Shown: positions 1 to 12,729 of the stretch, one piece after another | How the letters are laid out: every line of letters starts with the position of its first letter | Numbering within the stretch: position 1 is the stretch's first letter | Program-made: the position numbers and the translations under genes | The notes under the pieces: generated by a model | Told to the model about the DNA's origin: nothing | What the model saw: only the letters and a program-made list of their open reading frames with translations | Database searches by the model: none | Assembly (NCBI GenBank): GCA_964106915.2 | Contig: OZ066920.1 | DNA from: Podarcis gaigeae | Taxonomy: Eukaryota | Reading direction: 5' to 3' (one strand) | DNA length: 64,000 nt

Positions 1-553
1 TTGTACTGATATTGTACGAACACGCTGCCCAGTGATGTTCACAGAAAGGGGGAGGATGTTGGTTTCTGCTTCCTTCACTGAGCAGCGAAGTGCTTGTCAC
101 AAGACAATGTTTACATTCCACAGTCAAGTGCTGTTGGGTTTTCTCACGGGAAAGGAGACTGGATGTGACGTACACTGGTTTCCTGTTTTTCACTGTTCTT
201 TGCAGTTCAGAGTGATTCTCTCCGTGCTTTAGAGGAGAGAGGATGCTTTTCTCTGCTCCGGCAGAGGGAAGATGTATTTCTGTAAATTACCAGCTTTGAA
301 GTGTAAATAAAGTAATATAGAGCATGTTGGCACGTACTTTTCATCATTCCGCTGTGCACTGGACACTGCTTATATCCAACACAAACAAGAGACATTGCAG
401 TGGTTACACACAGTCTGCAACCATGCGCATACAACAACCTTTTCTATTGGTCATGAAAGAATTCTTCTTTCAAGTCTAATTTCAATGTGGTGGAGAGAAA
501 TAAGACCCTGGAAAGGCCTCTGAACACAGGGCAACCTGCTAGCAATCCCCAGT

Positions 554-758
554 GAAGCCAGCGTGGTGTAGTGGTTAGTGCTGGCCTACAACCCGGAACA
601 CCAAATTCCCATGCAGCCATGAAAGCTCACTGCGTGATCTGGGGCCAGTCATTGCCTCTCGGCCTAACCTCACAGGATTAAATGAAGAACCATGCACACC
701 ACCTTGATTTGAGCTCCTTTGGGAAAAGGTGGGATATAAATGCAAGAAATAAATAAAA
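554..758 (+). mobile_element. tRNA-derived SINE with L2-like tail, degenerate
   Basis: A-box-like GTGGTGTAGTGG head; 3' end GGGATATAAATG...AAATAAATAAA. Confidence 0.65.
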
Positions 759-1663
759 AAACACTTGTGTCACTCTCAACGGTGTATAGAGTATGGGCCA
801 GCAAGTGGCCTAAGTAAAGGGAGGCAAATAAACAGATCTTACCTTACCCAGAAAGGCTAAAGTTAGAATGCAACAGTGTGTCCCAAGAACTTTAGTTAAA
901 GAAGAGTGTTTCTGAAAATGCGTTATTTGCAAGCCAGCTACCATCAAGGAAGAGAGTGATTTTTCTTCCCTTGATATTTTCTGTTCACACAGAATGAAAA
1001 GAAAATGAATAGAGACAGACAGCACTGAGACACAATTGGCAAGCGACAGCTTAAAAATAAAAACATGTAAGGCCATGATTATCCCAGCCACGATTGCTTC
1101 TCTGTCTCAGGCCAACAGGCTTCATTTGGCAGCTGCAAAACAAATAAACAAGCACATCCAACCAAGAACTCCTTGGTATTCTTCTTGGGCCTTTGTTTGT
1201 TTATCGGCTGGAGGAGTATTTGACAACTGCTCAATAGCGATGCAGAAAACAAAAGCTTATGGGAAGCTTGTGTAAAATGTATGTGCGGGTGACACTGAAG
1301 CTTACATGATGACCTCTGTATCACTTGGACATATAGTCTAGAACAGACTACTGACATCCCTGCTTGCTTACATCAACAAGCTCTACTAGATGTTCTGTAG
1401 TTACATGTATATTTTACTGCTTTTGGTTGTGTAATTAAAGTCTGCAAACATATTAGTTTCTCTTGTTATAATTAAATATAGGATGGATCAATTTGAAGAC
1501 AGGAACTGGGACTGTCTGGGCACAGGTAGTACCCTAATAGTCCTATTGTGGCAGAAGTTAAACAGCATTTTTTAAATTGTGCAGCAAATACAAACTAGAA
1601 CTAATTATGAACAATTACATATAATTATATACCTATAATGAACAACCACAGAACAATAACCAG

Positions 1664-1797
1664 TCTTCAGCAACCACGTTCCTTTCAGAGGTTTTAGACT
1701 ACAACTCCCATCAGCCCCAGTCAAGCATGTCTACACTGACTGGGGATGATGGGAATTGTAGTTCAAAACACCTGGAGGGCACCAAGTTGCCAAATGA
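1664..1797. mobile_element. Non-autonomous hAT-like palindromic MITE
   Basis: ACTACAACTCCCATCA...TGATGGGAATTGTAGT inverted core, same family as 9524-9659. Confidence 0.7.
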
Positions 1798-1920
1798 TTA
1801 TCTCTAAATCAAGACATGGAACTTACAGCACACTCCAGTGCTTTAAAATTAATGATTTTTTTTTTTTTAGTAAGAAACTTGTCAAAATGAGGCAATGGGA
1901 TAAAAGGACTGTTTTTTAAT

Positions 1921-2043
1921 CAGCTTTCCCCAATCAGATGCACTCCAGGTGTTTCAGAGTACAATTCCACACAGTTCGGGTCATCTGGGGTTGATGTGAG
2001 TTGTATTCAAAAACATATGGAGAGCACCAAGTTGGGGAAGCCT
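1921..2043. mobile_element. Degenerate copy of the same hAT-like MITE family
   Basis: Inverted ends CTTTCCCCAA / TTGGGGAAG; internal motifs shared with other copies. Confidence 0.6.
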
Positions 2044-2451
2044 AGTCTAGACTGACCCTTTATATAATAATAGGGTTACATCCTAACAAGCCTTGCTTCT
2101 TATCCAAAAGAATTCTTGCAGCAGCTCATATACTTGCTTAAACCTATCTATTATTTGCTGTCTTGCCTTGCCCTCAAATCCCACGTTATTTAACTCAGTG
2201 TTGCCAGTTTCCACAATGTGATCATAAACCACACCTTAAGCAACACTTTCAGCAGGCACAAGAGTAACACAAAGGCTGCCTTGAAAAAACACACCGAGAC
2301 ATGACTGGGACGGAATAGATCCCACAAGGGTAGTTTTCTGCATATGCAGCAATATGACAGCTCTGTAGATGACAGTCTGCATAGGAGAATCACGCACATG
2401 GGGAAATGCAAGACAACTGTAACAGAGTTGGGAATCTGGATATGCACATGA

Positions 2452-2477
2452 ACACACACACACACACACACACACAC
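2452..2477. repeat. (AC)n microsatellite
   Basis: About 13 perfect AC units. Confidence 0.95.
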
Positions 2478-3966
2478 CATTTCTGGAAATAGCAAATGCG
2501 AGATGTGTGTAGTGGGGACATAAGGCAGGACAGAGGAAGGACAAGTATCTTCATTGGTCCCTTCCTGCACATAGACACCGACACACACCTGTGTTTTCAT
2601 AAACACACAGCAGAATCCTTCCATTTTTAACCACAGCATAGCATGCCTCACAGTCACACACAACTTTCCTCCCTGATGTGGGCATACACTCCTCCCTTGC
2701 TTGGGCAGGATGGCATATCACTCCCTCACTATCTGCCCTGAGCACACTCAGTCCAAGAGGACAACTAGCAGGCAGGTAGTTTAATTCTTTATTGATAAGC
2801 AGGAATTTGCAGTAGCTCCTGAGATGCACTCAACATGTACACCTATGCTTCTGGTGGCTAGGTAGCTGGCACCTTTCCCTGGGCATGGTAAAGCCACAGG
2901 CTCTTTGCAAGCCCTTCATGGTTCTCTGAAGTTCCAACTTCAGGACTTCAAAGTGCTAAATCCCCTGTGATGTCAGGTTTACTGACTGGTGGGTGGCCTG
3001 CACATCAAATGTGGCCTGCAAGGCTAGATCTGAGAAGGATTTGGCCTGTGAAGTCATAAAGGTTCCCACTCCTAGTCTAAAATGTTGTCTATGGAGCACT
3101 GAAGAGTTCTGAACTGTTAAAATGAAGGATTTTTTTTTAGAATAAAAAACTAAATTTAAGTTTTTAAAGAATCCTATTTTGCTCTGCTTTAACAAAACAA
3201 AACACAGAGCTCTTCAGAACTCTGCACATAGCATTCTAGACAGCCTCACATTGTAAGCCCTATTGAAGACCTATATAGCTTACTGGAGGACTCCAGTAAT
3301 GACCAGAAAGAAAGGCTAGTGTGATGCATTCAAGTTAAATTTTTTTTTTTTTAATGTAGAGGCAAGAATATACATCACTTGGCCACCTCTGAATTTCTTT
3401 AAAGTTAGAAAGACGGGAAAACCCATTCTTCCCATAAGGGATTATTATTTAGGAAAGTGAATCTTTTTTTACTTTCCCACCACCCCCGGACCTATTTGTC
3501 TACTATTTGGGAGACTTAATCCACACTACAGGGATTCTTGTGCCAGCAGATTTCATCCAGTTTGGATCAAAGGAAAGTTACTGTGTTTAGATTCCCTGTT
3601 ATAGTGCATGAGGAATCAGAGTCTGTTTTATACAGAATAGGTCATGGGCTGAATTCAGATTGGAAAAAGAACACAGAGTGGCTCAGAAACAGGCCAGAAT
3701 TGTGAATCTTGGGGCCCAAATGTTTTCATTTTTAACCAAAAGAGACAGTATCCTTTTACATTCTCTTTAAATGAAAGCTGAGGGAAAATAAAATATAGAT
3801 CAAATGTTACATAATAGCACCTTCAGCTCTACAAAACAACACCCACTATTCACAGTGGCCTAATTTCTAATTAGGTAACCTCATGCCTCAGCACAGCACT
3901 AATTTATTCAACTAAATTGGTAGCTGTAGATTGTGGACCCTTTGGTCAGGGACCCTTGTTGTTGAG

Positions 3967-4060
3967 GCTGCAAGCCTAACCATATATATTTAGAAGCAAG
4001 TACTGTACCACTGAATTCAATGGAGCTTACTCCCAGCTAAGTGGGGTTAGAATTGCAGTC
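3967..4060. mobile_element. Short dispersed palindromic element (GCTGCAA...TTGCAG ends); related degenerate copies near 7635, 16340, 18520, 22105, 42000 and 46809
   Basis: Inverted termini and a shared CACTGAATTCAATGG.GCTTACT core recurring through the window. Confidence 0.55.
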
Positions 4061-4499
4061 CTGGTCTTAGTCTTACAGGAAGGTATTCACATGCTGAATG
4101 GTAGCAATGGGGAGTGTAAACATATTTTTTTCCTGTCCACAAAATTTCCCCCCCTTTCTTATACCCTTGGTTTCTACATTGGGATTTACAATCATGGGGA
4201 AAAGAAAGGGCATCTTCTTTGAATTCTGTAGTTTTCTGAAGACATAAAAACAATCTCCTGTTCTTTAGCAGGACTCAAAATTGGATAAATACAACCTCAG
4301 ATGGACAACAACACATGACGTTTAGGTCGAGTCACCGCCCAACTACGCTTCTGCTCCTGGTAAATTCCCCATTTCCTTTCCTTTCCTTCTTTTTGGGGGT
4401 GGGTGAGGAGGGACAATTTCCCTCTTCAAAAACCGACCCTTCCAGCGTTTGGAAGGGGAAACTATATGGACCTCCCCTTCTTAGCCGAGGAGGAGGAGG

Positions 4500-5400
4500 A
4501 AGTTTCCGTGCCACTCTATCCCCCGAGTCACCGCCTCTCTCTATGGTTCCTCCTCCTCCCCCCCCCCCGCTCCAGGTCCTCCGGCTTGTGCCTTACCCAG
4601 CGTGCACCGCGGCGGAAGAGAGTGACGACAATAACAAACAGCGGCGGCGAGGGCTGCGCGTAAAGCGAGCGGGGGGCCCTGCGAAGGAGCGCCCGGAATC
4701 CCCGGCTGTGTGGCTTCCCTTCCCCTCGCGCCACCTCCGCGTCTCTCTCCCTCCCTGTTCCTGTCAGGGAGCCCCGCCGCCGCCGCCTCCCCTCCCGCTC
4801 TTGTCCTCCGGGCGGCGGCGCCTGAGGTTGCCCTGTGGAGCCGCAGCGAAGGGGAGGAGGAGCTTCCGCGGCCGCCGGTCACCGGCGCGGGATGGTGCGC
4901 GGGGCCGCCCAGCTGTTGCTGCCGCTGGCGCCGCCGCTGCTGTTTGGCTCTCCTTCGGGTACGTCGCGAAAAGGGCGCGGTGGGGGAGCGAGGCGGCCGC
5001 GGCATTTGCTGCTGTCGCCGGGGCGACCAAGGCCCGCCTTCCTCCTCCTCCCTTCGGCAGGGGAGGGGCGAGGACCCTCTTTTCGTGGTGGGGGTGGGCG
5101 CACCCGCTTGAGAGGGCGGAGCCGCCGCCACCCCCCTCAGTCGGGGTGGGGTGGGGGGTTATCTCCGTCCGTGGGCTAAAGAACCTCGAGGTTTGGGGGC
5201 TGCCAGCTGGGGCTCTCCTCGTCTCCCTCCCCGCCTCTGGCCCGCGTAGCTCGGAAGGGGGACCGGCTCGTCCTGAAGTTAACTCCGAGGGGGGATGACT
5301 CAGCCCATCTGCGCTTCTCGCAACCCCGCCCACAGCACCTTGTTGCGAAAAAGGAGGCAGCGTGCTCCGAGGGGGTGGCTGGGGTGGTTTTGTTTTCTTC
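4500..5400 (+). promoter_or_regulatory. RB1CC1: CpG island / promoter and first-exon region of RB1CC1
   Basis: Abrupt GC- and CpG-rich segment in an AT-rich background, with GC boxes and an ETS-like GGAAGT near 4498. It lies about 7.5 kb upstream of the first coding exon. Confidence 0.9.
4610..4958 (+). other. RB1CC1: Probable non-coding exon 1 (5' UTR); start approximate
   Basis: Inside the CpG island. Best donor is CGG|GTACGT at 4959. The TSS cannot be determined from sequence. Confidence 0.5.
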
Positions 5401-7209
5401 TTTCCTCACCCAGGACAGCAGGCTTATTACCTAAAGCCTTCATTCGCACGGATGTTAGAGAAGGATTTCTAGTTTTTTGGGGTTTTTTTGCTCCATCTCC
5501 TCCACACCCAACTTTCCCTCCCCCCCCTCCTTTTGCGCTGAAGGCCCTGTGTGAATGCCAAGTCACATTGGGTCGGAATGGTCTTCTAAGTTAGGTGGGC
5601 TTGGCCCAAATTCACTGTTTGTGTGGGTGGGTGTCACTGACTGGGTGATATTCACACAAACCAGGCAATTGCCTCTTTGTAGGCTTCACTTATGTTGTAG
5701 GTTTGAGCTTGTTGACAAAATACACATAAACATGCTGTTACAATATGAAAATGTTTGGGTCAATTAAATGGCTGTTTGTTAGATAAGCATAATAGAACAT
5801 TGTATTTCATTGACACCATCATGTATTTCATTGACACTGGGTCAGGTTAAAGTAGAGTAAAGTAAAGTTATGCTGAACATGTTATGAAAAGTTGGTGTGG
5901 GGTAAATCACTGTAATCCTTTTTTTAACATGAATACTACAAAAAGTGTTTAATTTTTCTACTGTGAAGTGAAAGCTATTGGAACATCTGTCAGTGTGAGT
6001 AGCATTGCAACTGCTTTTATTTTTAACTTCGGACACTGGCTTCTAACTTCAGACGCTGGCTTTGCAAACTTTGCTTCTATTTCTTTGTGTCCTTAAGTTT
6101 TGAAGCTTTGAGGTGCATTGTAGGTCTTTGCCAAATGTAGAATGTGAAGAATAATAGCCTTCCCAATCAGCGTTAACAGCAAGCAGAGCAATCCAACACC
6201 CCCCTCCTCTTTATGCTGGGTGGGGGTTGCATTAGGTGGAGGTGTTCCTCTGCCCACCTCTTAGACCTTCTGCTGAGCAGGTGGCAAGCTGTCTGACTGC
6301 TGTTGCTCAGTGCTGTCAGGCCCAGTTGTTGTGTCCCCACTTTCCACTGTGTCCACTGAGAGTGGCAGGGCTTCCATTGTGGCAGTGGCTCCACTGTTCT
6401 GCAAAACTCCATTGGCAGGAGATGGGAGTTTGATTTGTACTCTTTAAATTTAGTTTTATGAATCTGTGAAGCATAGTGTGGTGTTCACATGAGTTCCAAT
6501 GATTGGTGTTTCTTTTGTAAGACTGTGTTTAGTTGACAAAATATTTAAGTCATTGGCAGTGTGGACTTATTTTATTTATTTATTTAGAGAGCAATCATCT
6601 TTCTTCCTGTATATAGTATTAGATATTTATTTAAGTTTAAACCTACAGTAGGACTGGGCAATACCTGGTTTTGAGCACCATGATACATCCACCAGCTAAA
6701 CATAGCAATATATTGATACATCATGATGTCTGAAATAAGGATGGAACTATGTAAAGGCAAATAGTCCTACAATGTACTTGGGAAATCAAGAATTAAATGT
6801 GAACTGTCATAAGAAAATTTCCCTGTCACAGTACTGTCTTAATGTAACATAGAACAGTACATAGCAGTTACATAACCAACTACTGCTGTAGTACTAGCAG
6901 TTAGTGAATCTTAGGTGTATTAATAGGGCAAGGGCTGCATTCAAGTATTTCTTGGATTTATTTATTTTTTAGGGGAAGGAACTTGCTTGTACCTATGTGC
7001 TTATAGTTTATTGATCAGACATTTTAGTCTAGCGCTTAGGTAGAAAGTATTTAATACGTTGGTATTAAAGTATTCCCATGATACAGGAACACACCAGACA
7101 ATGATAAAGCCTGCATGAAATTATGGTTTCACAGTTGTGCCATGCTATAGACTCCATTGGCCTCATAGTTTACATTAACTGTACTGATAGAGGGGTATAG
7201 GTATTATAG

Positions 7210-7453
7210 ATAAAGGTAAAGGGACCCCTGACCATTAGGTCCAGTCCTGACCGACTTTGGGCTTGCGGCGCTCATCTCGCTTTATAGGCCAAGGGAGCCG
7301 GCGTACAGCTTCTGGGTCATGTGGCCAGCATGAGTAAGCTGCTTCTGTCAAACCAGAGCAGCGCACGGAAACGCCGTTTACCTTCCCGCTGGAGCGGTAC
7401 CTATTTATCTACTTGCACTTTGACGTGCTTTTGAACTGCCAGGTTGGCAGGAG
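7210..7453 (-). mobile_element. Sauria-type SINE, 5'-truncated, with 13-bp TSD
   Basis: (ACCTTT)-type tail on the minus strand; body matches the copy at 53539; TSD ATAGGTATTATAG (7197-7209) / ATAGGTATCATAG (7454-7466). Confidence 0.88.
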
Positions 7454-9523
7454 ATAGGTATCATAGTTAATTTGTGATGTACTTGTTTTTGAACAGCTCC
7501 AGGATATCATTATGAGAAGCTAATGCTCCATGTAAGGTGTTTTGTTCTATGTATTCTCTACTGGTTTGATTCTCATTAAGAATCTTCAAGGATACCCTAG
7601 GTGTGTCTCCTTTATGGGGGGTCTTGTTGAGCAACCCTACATATACTTTCCTGAGAGTAAATCCCAGCACAACACTGACTTCTAAGTAGATGTATAGGAT
7701 TGCTCTACTGGTTTAATTTCAGTATGGATGGAGAGATGTTTTCATCCAACATGTATCTGTCTTGATCCATAACTGCTTTGGTGATTTTTAAAATAATGGT
7801 TATTATCTATGAAATTTCATGATGCTTACATTTTAAAGTTAAAATACGTTTACTGTTTGCAGTAGGAGAGTTTGGGATGACATGTAAATGAACTGTTAAA
7901 GAATTTAAACTCTGTTGGCATGGGGAAGGGAAGAAATTGTATCCATAAATCTTAAGAATCCATGCAAATGTGAATTGCTACTTGACAGAATGCCTTATTT
8001 GTATAGTGTGGGTTTGCCAACTTTTTTTGACCACCAGGTGCGTTTGAATTTTAAGAGTTCTGGGGACACTAGTCACCAAATAGCTGCTAGTAATGCAAAA
8101 TGGCTGCATGGCATAACACTAAATTAGAGAAACAGTGACCCCCCAACAACCTTATGTTTAATATGGGAAGTCAGCTATGTCCTGCTGGTCCTTATTGTTG
8201 AGATTGTACAATATCAATTTTACACACACACTGATAGTGTTGTTTTCTAATAGAAATGGGAGCATTCCTCAGTACCAGGAAAAATATACAAGGTGGCCAC
8301 ACCATACTGGACATTTTGCCTCATAACTTTCTTTCTAGGAGGGCTAGATACTTACTTTACTTACTTTCTATAGTGAATTAGCATTCCAAACTCTCCTCAC
8401 AACAGTTTTGCATGTAGGTTGTTGTCTGCAAAATGCAGGCAAAGATCACAGGTGATAATGTTGTGACTTGCTTGAGGTCAATGAATACATATTCATAGCC
8501 TAGTCACAATTTTGAATTTAGTTTCCCAGCTCCAGTCTTATGCATTCACCCACGTCCACCCTGTCTAACAACACTATTTTTTGGAATATATGCAGTTTTT
8601 TGTGTTCCACACAGCAAAGCAATATTCATAGCACATTTCATATTTTACTGTTGGGGGTAATGAAATTCCTGGGCTCCAGCTCTAAAAAATACTTTGGTTT
8701 TTCCAGTTTTCTTTGAGTTTTTCTTGCTTCTGTTTAGACACGCCCTTGGTAAGAATGGTACAGACACTGTCCTGGACCACACAACATAATAAGCGAAATG
8801 ATAGCTTACTTACTGAAACTGCCCAAATGTGGGCTCTGAGAGAGGAGTATGCAGTTCCTTTTCTTCTCCTTTTTGCTGCTGTCCTGTGTTGAGCTAAGCC
8901 ATGGTTTGTCATCAAACCAGGATTTGTGAGTTACACTCTCTCCTTGTTTACCACAAGCTGTAACCAATATTTTGTTTTTTTGTTTTTATTTCACTTATGA
9001 ATCACTCCCATAAGGAATCCTTGGAGGACCTTACTGCTTATTTTCCTTCCTTGTAAAAAAATGTCTCTTCTAGCCATTTTGTCCTTTTACCTGTTTTCTA
9101 CCTGTAAGAGTACCCTTGATCTTGCTTCTTGGCTAAGTTTGCTCAGAAGCACTTGAATAGTGTATAAAAAGCTCTGTGGACGTTCCAGGTACATAAAATT
9201 TAGCTGATTACCCCAATGTACATACTTGTGACACTCTGAAATAAAAGTGGCAAGTTAGAAGCTCTTTGAAGAAGCCATACTGACTTGTCTTTAACATGGA
9301 TTATGCTTTTAGGTGTTTTAATGTCCTAGCTTTAATCATGCTTTCTTCTAATTACTTAGAACGTCACTTAGGCCTACTGGTCTGTAATTTGCTAGATTCC
9401 CATTAAATACTGGGATTAATTACACCGATAGCCTTCTAACCCTCTGATTCTGGTTTTAATAAGTTGGATTCTTTGTGAACTTTTGGCACTTTTCACATTT
9501 GAGTTTGTAAAGAAGTCTTGGCT

Positions 9524-9659
9524 CTGGCATAGACAAACTCTGCCCTCCAGATGTTTTGGGACTACAACTCCCATCATCCCTGACCTCTGGTCCTGTTAGA
9601 TAGGGATGATGGGAGTTGTAGTCCCAAAACATCTGGAGGGCCAAGTTTGTCTATGCCTG
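9524..9659. mobile_element. hAT-family MITE, near-perfect palindrome with 8-bp TSD
   Basis: TIRs GGCATAGACAAACT / AGTTTGTCTATGCC; TSD TCTTGGCT (9516-9523) / TCTTGGAT (9660-9667). Confidence 0.88.
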
Positions 9660-10992
9660 TCTTGGATGAATGCTATCTTGCTCCAGTGATCTGTTAAACT
9701 TCTAATGTGACATTTAGCTTTATAATGAGATTGTTTAGCACCTTTATTTGGCATGGCTCTTTCTTCCCCAAAAGGAGTGGTTTGACTGTGGAACTCTCAT
9801 CAGCATTTTTTACAATGAAAACTAGTGGAAACAACACATTTTGTTTTGCTGCAGTCTCCAATCTTCTTACAGTAGTTCTTTCACCCATTTGCTATCCAAG
9901 GTTCTTACTGCCTCTTTACTGGTTTCCTGCACTTAATATCTTAACTTAAGTGCTTGTGGTTGTGTTTTTTTAATACCCTTGTTCATCTTTTTTGCTTGCT
10001 TCAACTTGTATTTGCCACAGTAAGCAGTCTGGTTAATTTACCTCTTTTGAACAGTGCTTCCATTTTTCTAAAAAAGACTCGTTGCAGTTTACGGTGTTCT
10101 TGACATTTAACCACATAGTCTCTTGGATTTGTTCCTTTCCTATCCTTTCTATTTTATGTACTTATTTTATTGGATTTTTATTAAAGTGGTTTGAATAACC
10201 TCCAAGCTTTCTGGGACGATCTGGGCCTTCGTTTTACCCCCAACCAAATTACTTTAAACAAATCATCTCCCATTTAGAGGGCTGCCTCTTCTGAAATGAA
10301 GTATAACTGTGCTGGACTTGCTAGGCAGTTTTCTGCTCATGTGCGTGTTGAATATGATAAGAGTTGTAATTTCTTGGCAACACATCCTTGATCTGATTTA
10401 GGGCACTGCTCAGGATTCAGGCCCCATCTACACTATACATTTAAAACATACTACTTTAAATAGTCCCAAAGAATCTTGGGAAGAGTAGTTTGTTAAGGGT
10501 GCTGAGAGTTGCTAGGAGACCCCATTCGCTTCCCAAAGCTACACTTTCAGTAGTTTAACGCTGGATGCTTCTTCCCAGGGAACTCTGGGAACCGATGGAA
10601 ATGAGTTGGGTGGAATGTGGTTGAAGGAGAGAGAAACTTGTTTGATTGGATACAACTCAAAGTCTCCAAGCAACGTTCATAATAAACCTGTAATCTGATT
10701 ATGTTTGGATGTGCCCTGATTTTTTTGTTCATCTCAGTATCATCATCAGAACTTAAGGCCAGAATATATAGTATTTGTACTGCATTTCAAACGAAGCCTC
10801 TCAAAGTATATTGCACTTGTTTTTCTTCCCTCAGTGGGTCTGATAGGATGACAACTAAGGTTTCTGCTTTGTTCAGTTGTAAATAACAAAGCCTGGTCAC
10901 TGGTGGTAATTTAGTCTCTCCTCCGGGCAACTAGACAGGGAAGCGTTTGTAAATTGCAGAAGAGTTGCTTTTTCTCCTTCTCCTTCTTAAAA

Positions 10993-11129
10993 TCATAGAA
11001 CTGTAGAGTTGGACCCCAAGGGCCATCTAGCCCCAACCCCTGCAATGCAGAAATCTTTTGTCCAATGTGGATCTCAAACCCATGGAGCTGAGATTAAGAG
11101 TTGCATGCTCTACTGACTGAGCTATCCCA
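10993..11129 (-). mobile_element. SINE with tRNA-Lys(CTT)-derived head and CR1 LINE 3' tail
   Basis: Minus strand reads GGGATAGCTCAGTCAGTAGAGCATGCAACTCTTAATCTCAG..., followed by a CR1-type ...CCAACTCTACAGTTCTATGAT end. Confidence 0.8.
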
Positions 11130-11505
11130 CTATACACCAAATTACTATCATAGATATGTGGTGGTATTCATGAGTCTGAGTTTTTTGTTTCAGCTTAGAT
11201 GAAATTGTTATGTTCATGCCGTACAGAAATAATTTAAATGAGGTTTTTCAGAATTAATCAGTCTCACATTTCTTTTCTCTACAATCACCTAGTTTTCCCC
11301 ACCTAATGTTTATTCTAAACCTTCTATGGCAATTTTGTTTTTTGTTCTGTTTAGTACAAAGTATACAATTGGCATGAAAAAAGTGCTTTAATAGTAGTTT
11401 TTGAAGTGCAGCATTGTCGTGAACATTTGAATAGTCATTGTTAACTTGCTTCCTGTTGCACAAATATTCACCCTTCATTCTCTCGCACCCCCCATTACTT
11501 TTTAG

Positions 11506-11624
11506 GTCTTTGATGCTCTGTGTTTAATAGAAACTTCATTCTCTTGCCAAAGTCAAATGAGGAAAATAGGTGGTTTTGCAACCCAGCTGTTAAAGACTGT
11601 GGAACCTCCATGCAGTGCCTGAAG
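11506..11624 (+). other. RB1CC1: Probable non-coding exon 2 (5' UTR)
   Basis: Polypyrimidine tract and TTTTTAG acceptor; AAG|GTAACT donor. Fits the mammalian architecture of two non-coding exons. Confidence 0.65.
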
Positions 11625-12658
11625 GTAACTGTTTCATCCCAGAAAGCAAACATTTCAAGTTTAAACTCCTAACAAATTATTTGCTACAGGTTTTTTGTTT
11701 TTGTTTTTTTGAGAATTTGGTTCTAAGTGATTGGTGTCATCATAAACAAATTAAAGTTGCCGGGTTTTGCTCTTTTAATTAATATATTATAATGATTCCT
11801 CCTGACCATCCAGGCATTGAAGTAATTCTAGCAGTTATGTAAACAATTCCCTAAAGTCTTAAAAATATAGCCTATCTGGGTACAGAACCTTTGTTGCCAG
11901 TGATGGTTGGGGCTAGAGGTGAAAGTGAGTGAAGCAATAAATGTACAGATTACCTTTATACAGTAGGCTAGTAAAGCAGCCTGTTTCCTAGTTCCTTTGC
12001 AAAAAATCATGAAAAAGTATGTGTGAAAAATTTGGAATTCTCAGGATGTTATGGAGTGTCAGTCTCCTAGGGTACCACACACATGGGGTTGTATCTAGTG
12101 TTAGTCCTCCTCTAGAGAAGACTCATTGAAATGGGTGGATGAGACCAGCTTGGGTATGTTAATTTCAGTGGGTCTACTCTGAAATTATGTCACCTGCATG
12201 TCCCAGGAGGACATACAATTGGGATCTGAGTTAGTTCTTGTGTTTAGGATTTTTTTGGGGGGAGGGCATGTATGCAAGAGATGGTTGAAAGAGGCAGAAT
12301 AGACTACTAATACAGTGATACCTTGTATCATGTTACCATAATACCTTGGTTACTAATAGCCATGGGGTGGTCACTGACACAGTCACAAAGCAAATCAACC
12401 CCTGCTAAAGGCTACCACACATACATATGCTGTCATGGAATGATTCTCTTATGTCCTTGGAACTGCTGCAGCATCAGTTCATAGCTACATGTTAGGATTT
12501 CCTACTATGAATGTGCCTCAAGTGTTGACACTGAAAACCTTTAAATTGAAAATAATTTTTATGTGTTATTATTAAGCTGATACTTGGGATTCTTTTCAGC
12601 TTTTAAATAATAATCACAGAGTTGAAGCTATAAACTTCCGGATCCTAAAGAAGTCACC

Positions 12659-12729
12659 ATGAAGTTATATGTATTTCTGGTCAACACTGGAACCACCCTT
12701 ACCTTTGACACAGAACTTGCCGTACAGAA
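12659..12729 (+). CDS. RB1CC1: RB1CC1 exon 3 coding part (exon starts 12600): MKLYVFLVNTGTTLTFDTELAVQ
   Basis: ACCATGA start; recognisable FIP200 N-terminus; GTAAGT donor at 12730. Confidence 0.96.

Noticed and set aside
2190-2829. Stack of minus-strand ORFs upstream of the promoter
   Set aside because: They cross a (CA)n microsatellite (CVCVCV translation) and show no homology or splice evidence. A divergent lncRNA cannot be shown from sequence alone.
4315-5333. Long overlapping ORFs (327, 196 and 189 aa) on both strands
   Set aside because: These are expected in a GC-rich CpG island depleted of stop codons. The peptides are low-complexity P/A/G/R with no recognisable domain.
5801-6062. 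Short direct duplications (TGTATTTCATTGACAC twice at 5801 and 5822; a tandem of about 20 bp at 6022-6062)
   Set aside because: Ordinary slippage duplications with no sign of function.
11060-11129. Possible tRNA-Lys gene
   Set aside because: The T-arm and acceptor stem are degenerate and it is fused to a CR1 tail, so it is a SINE head.
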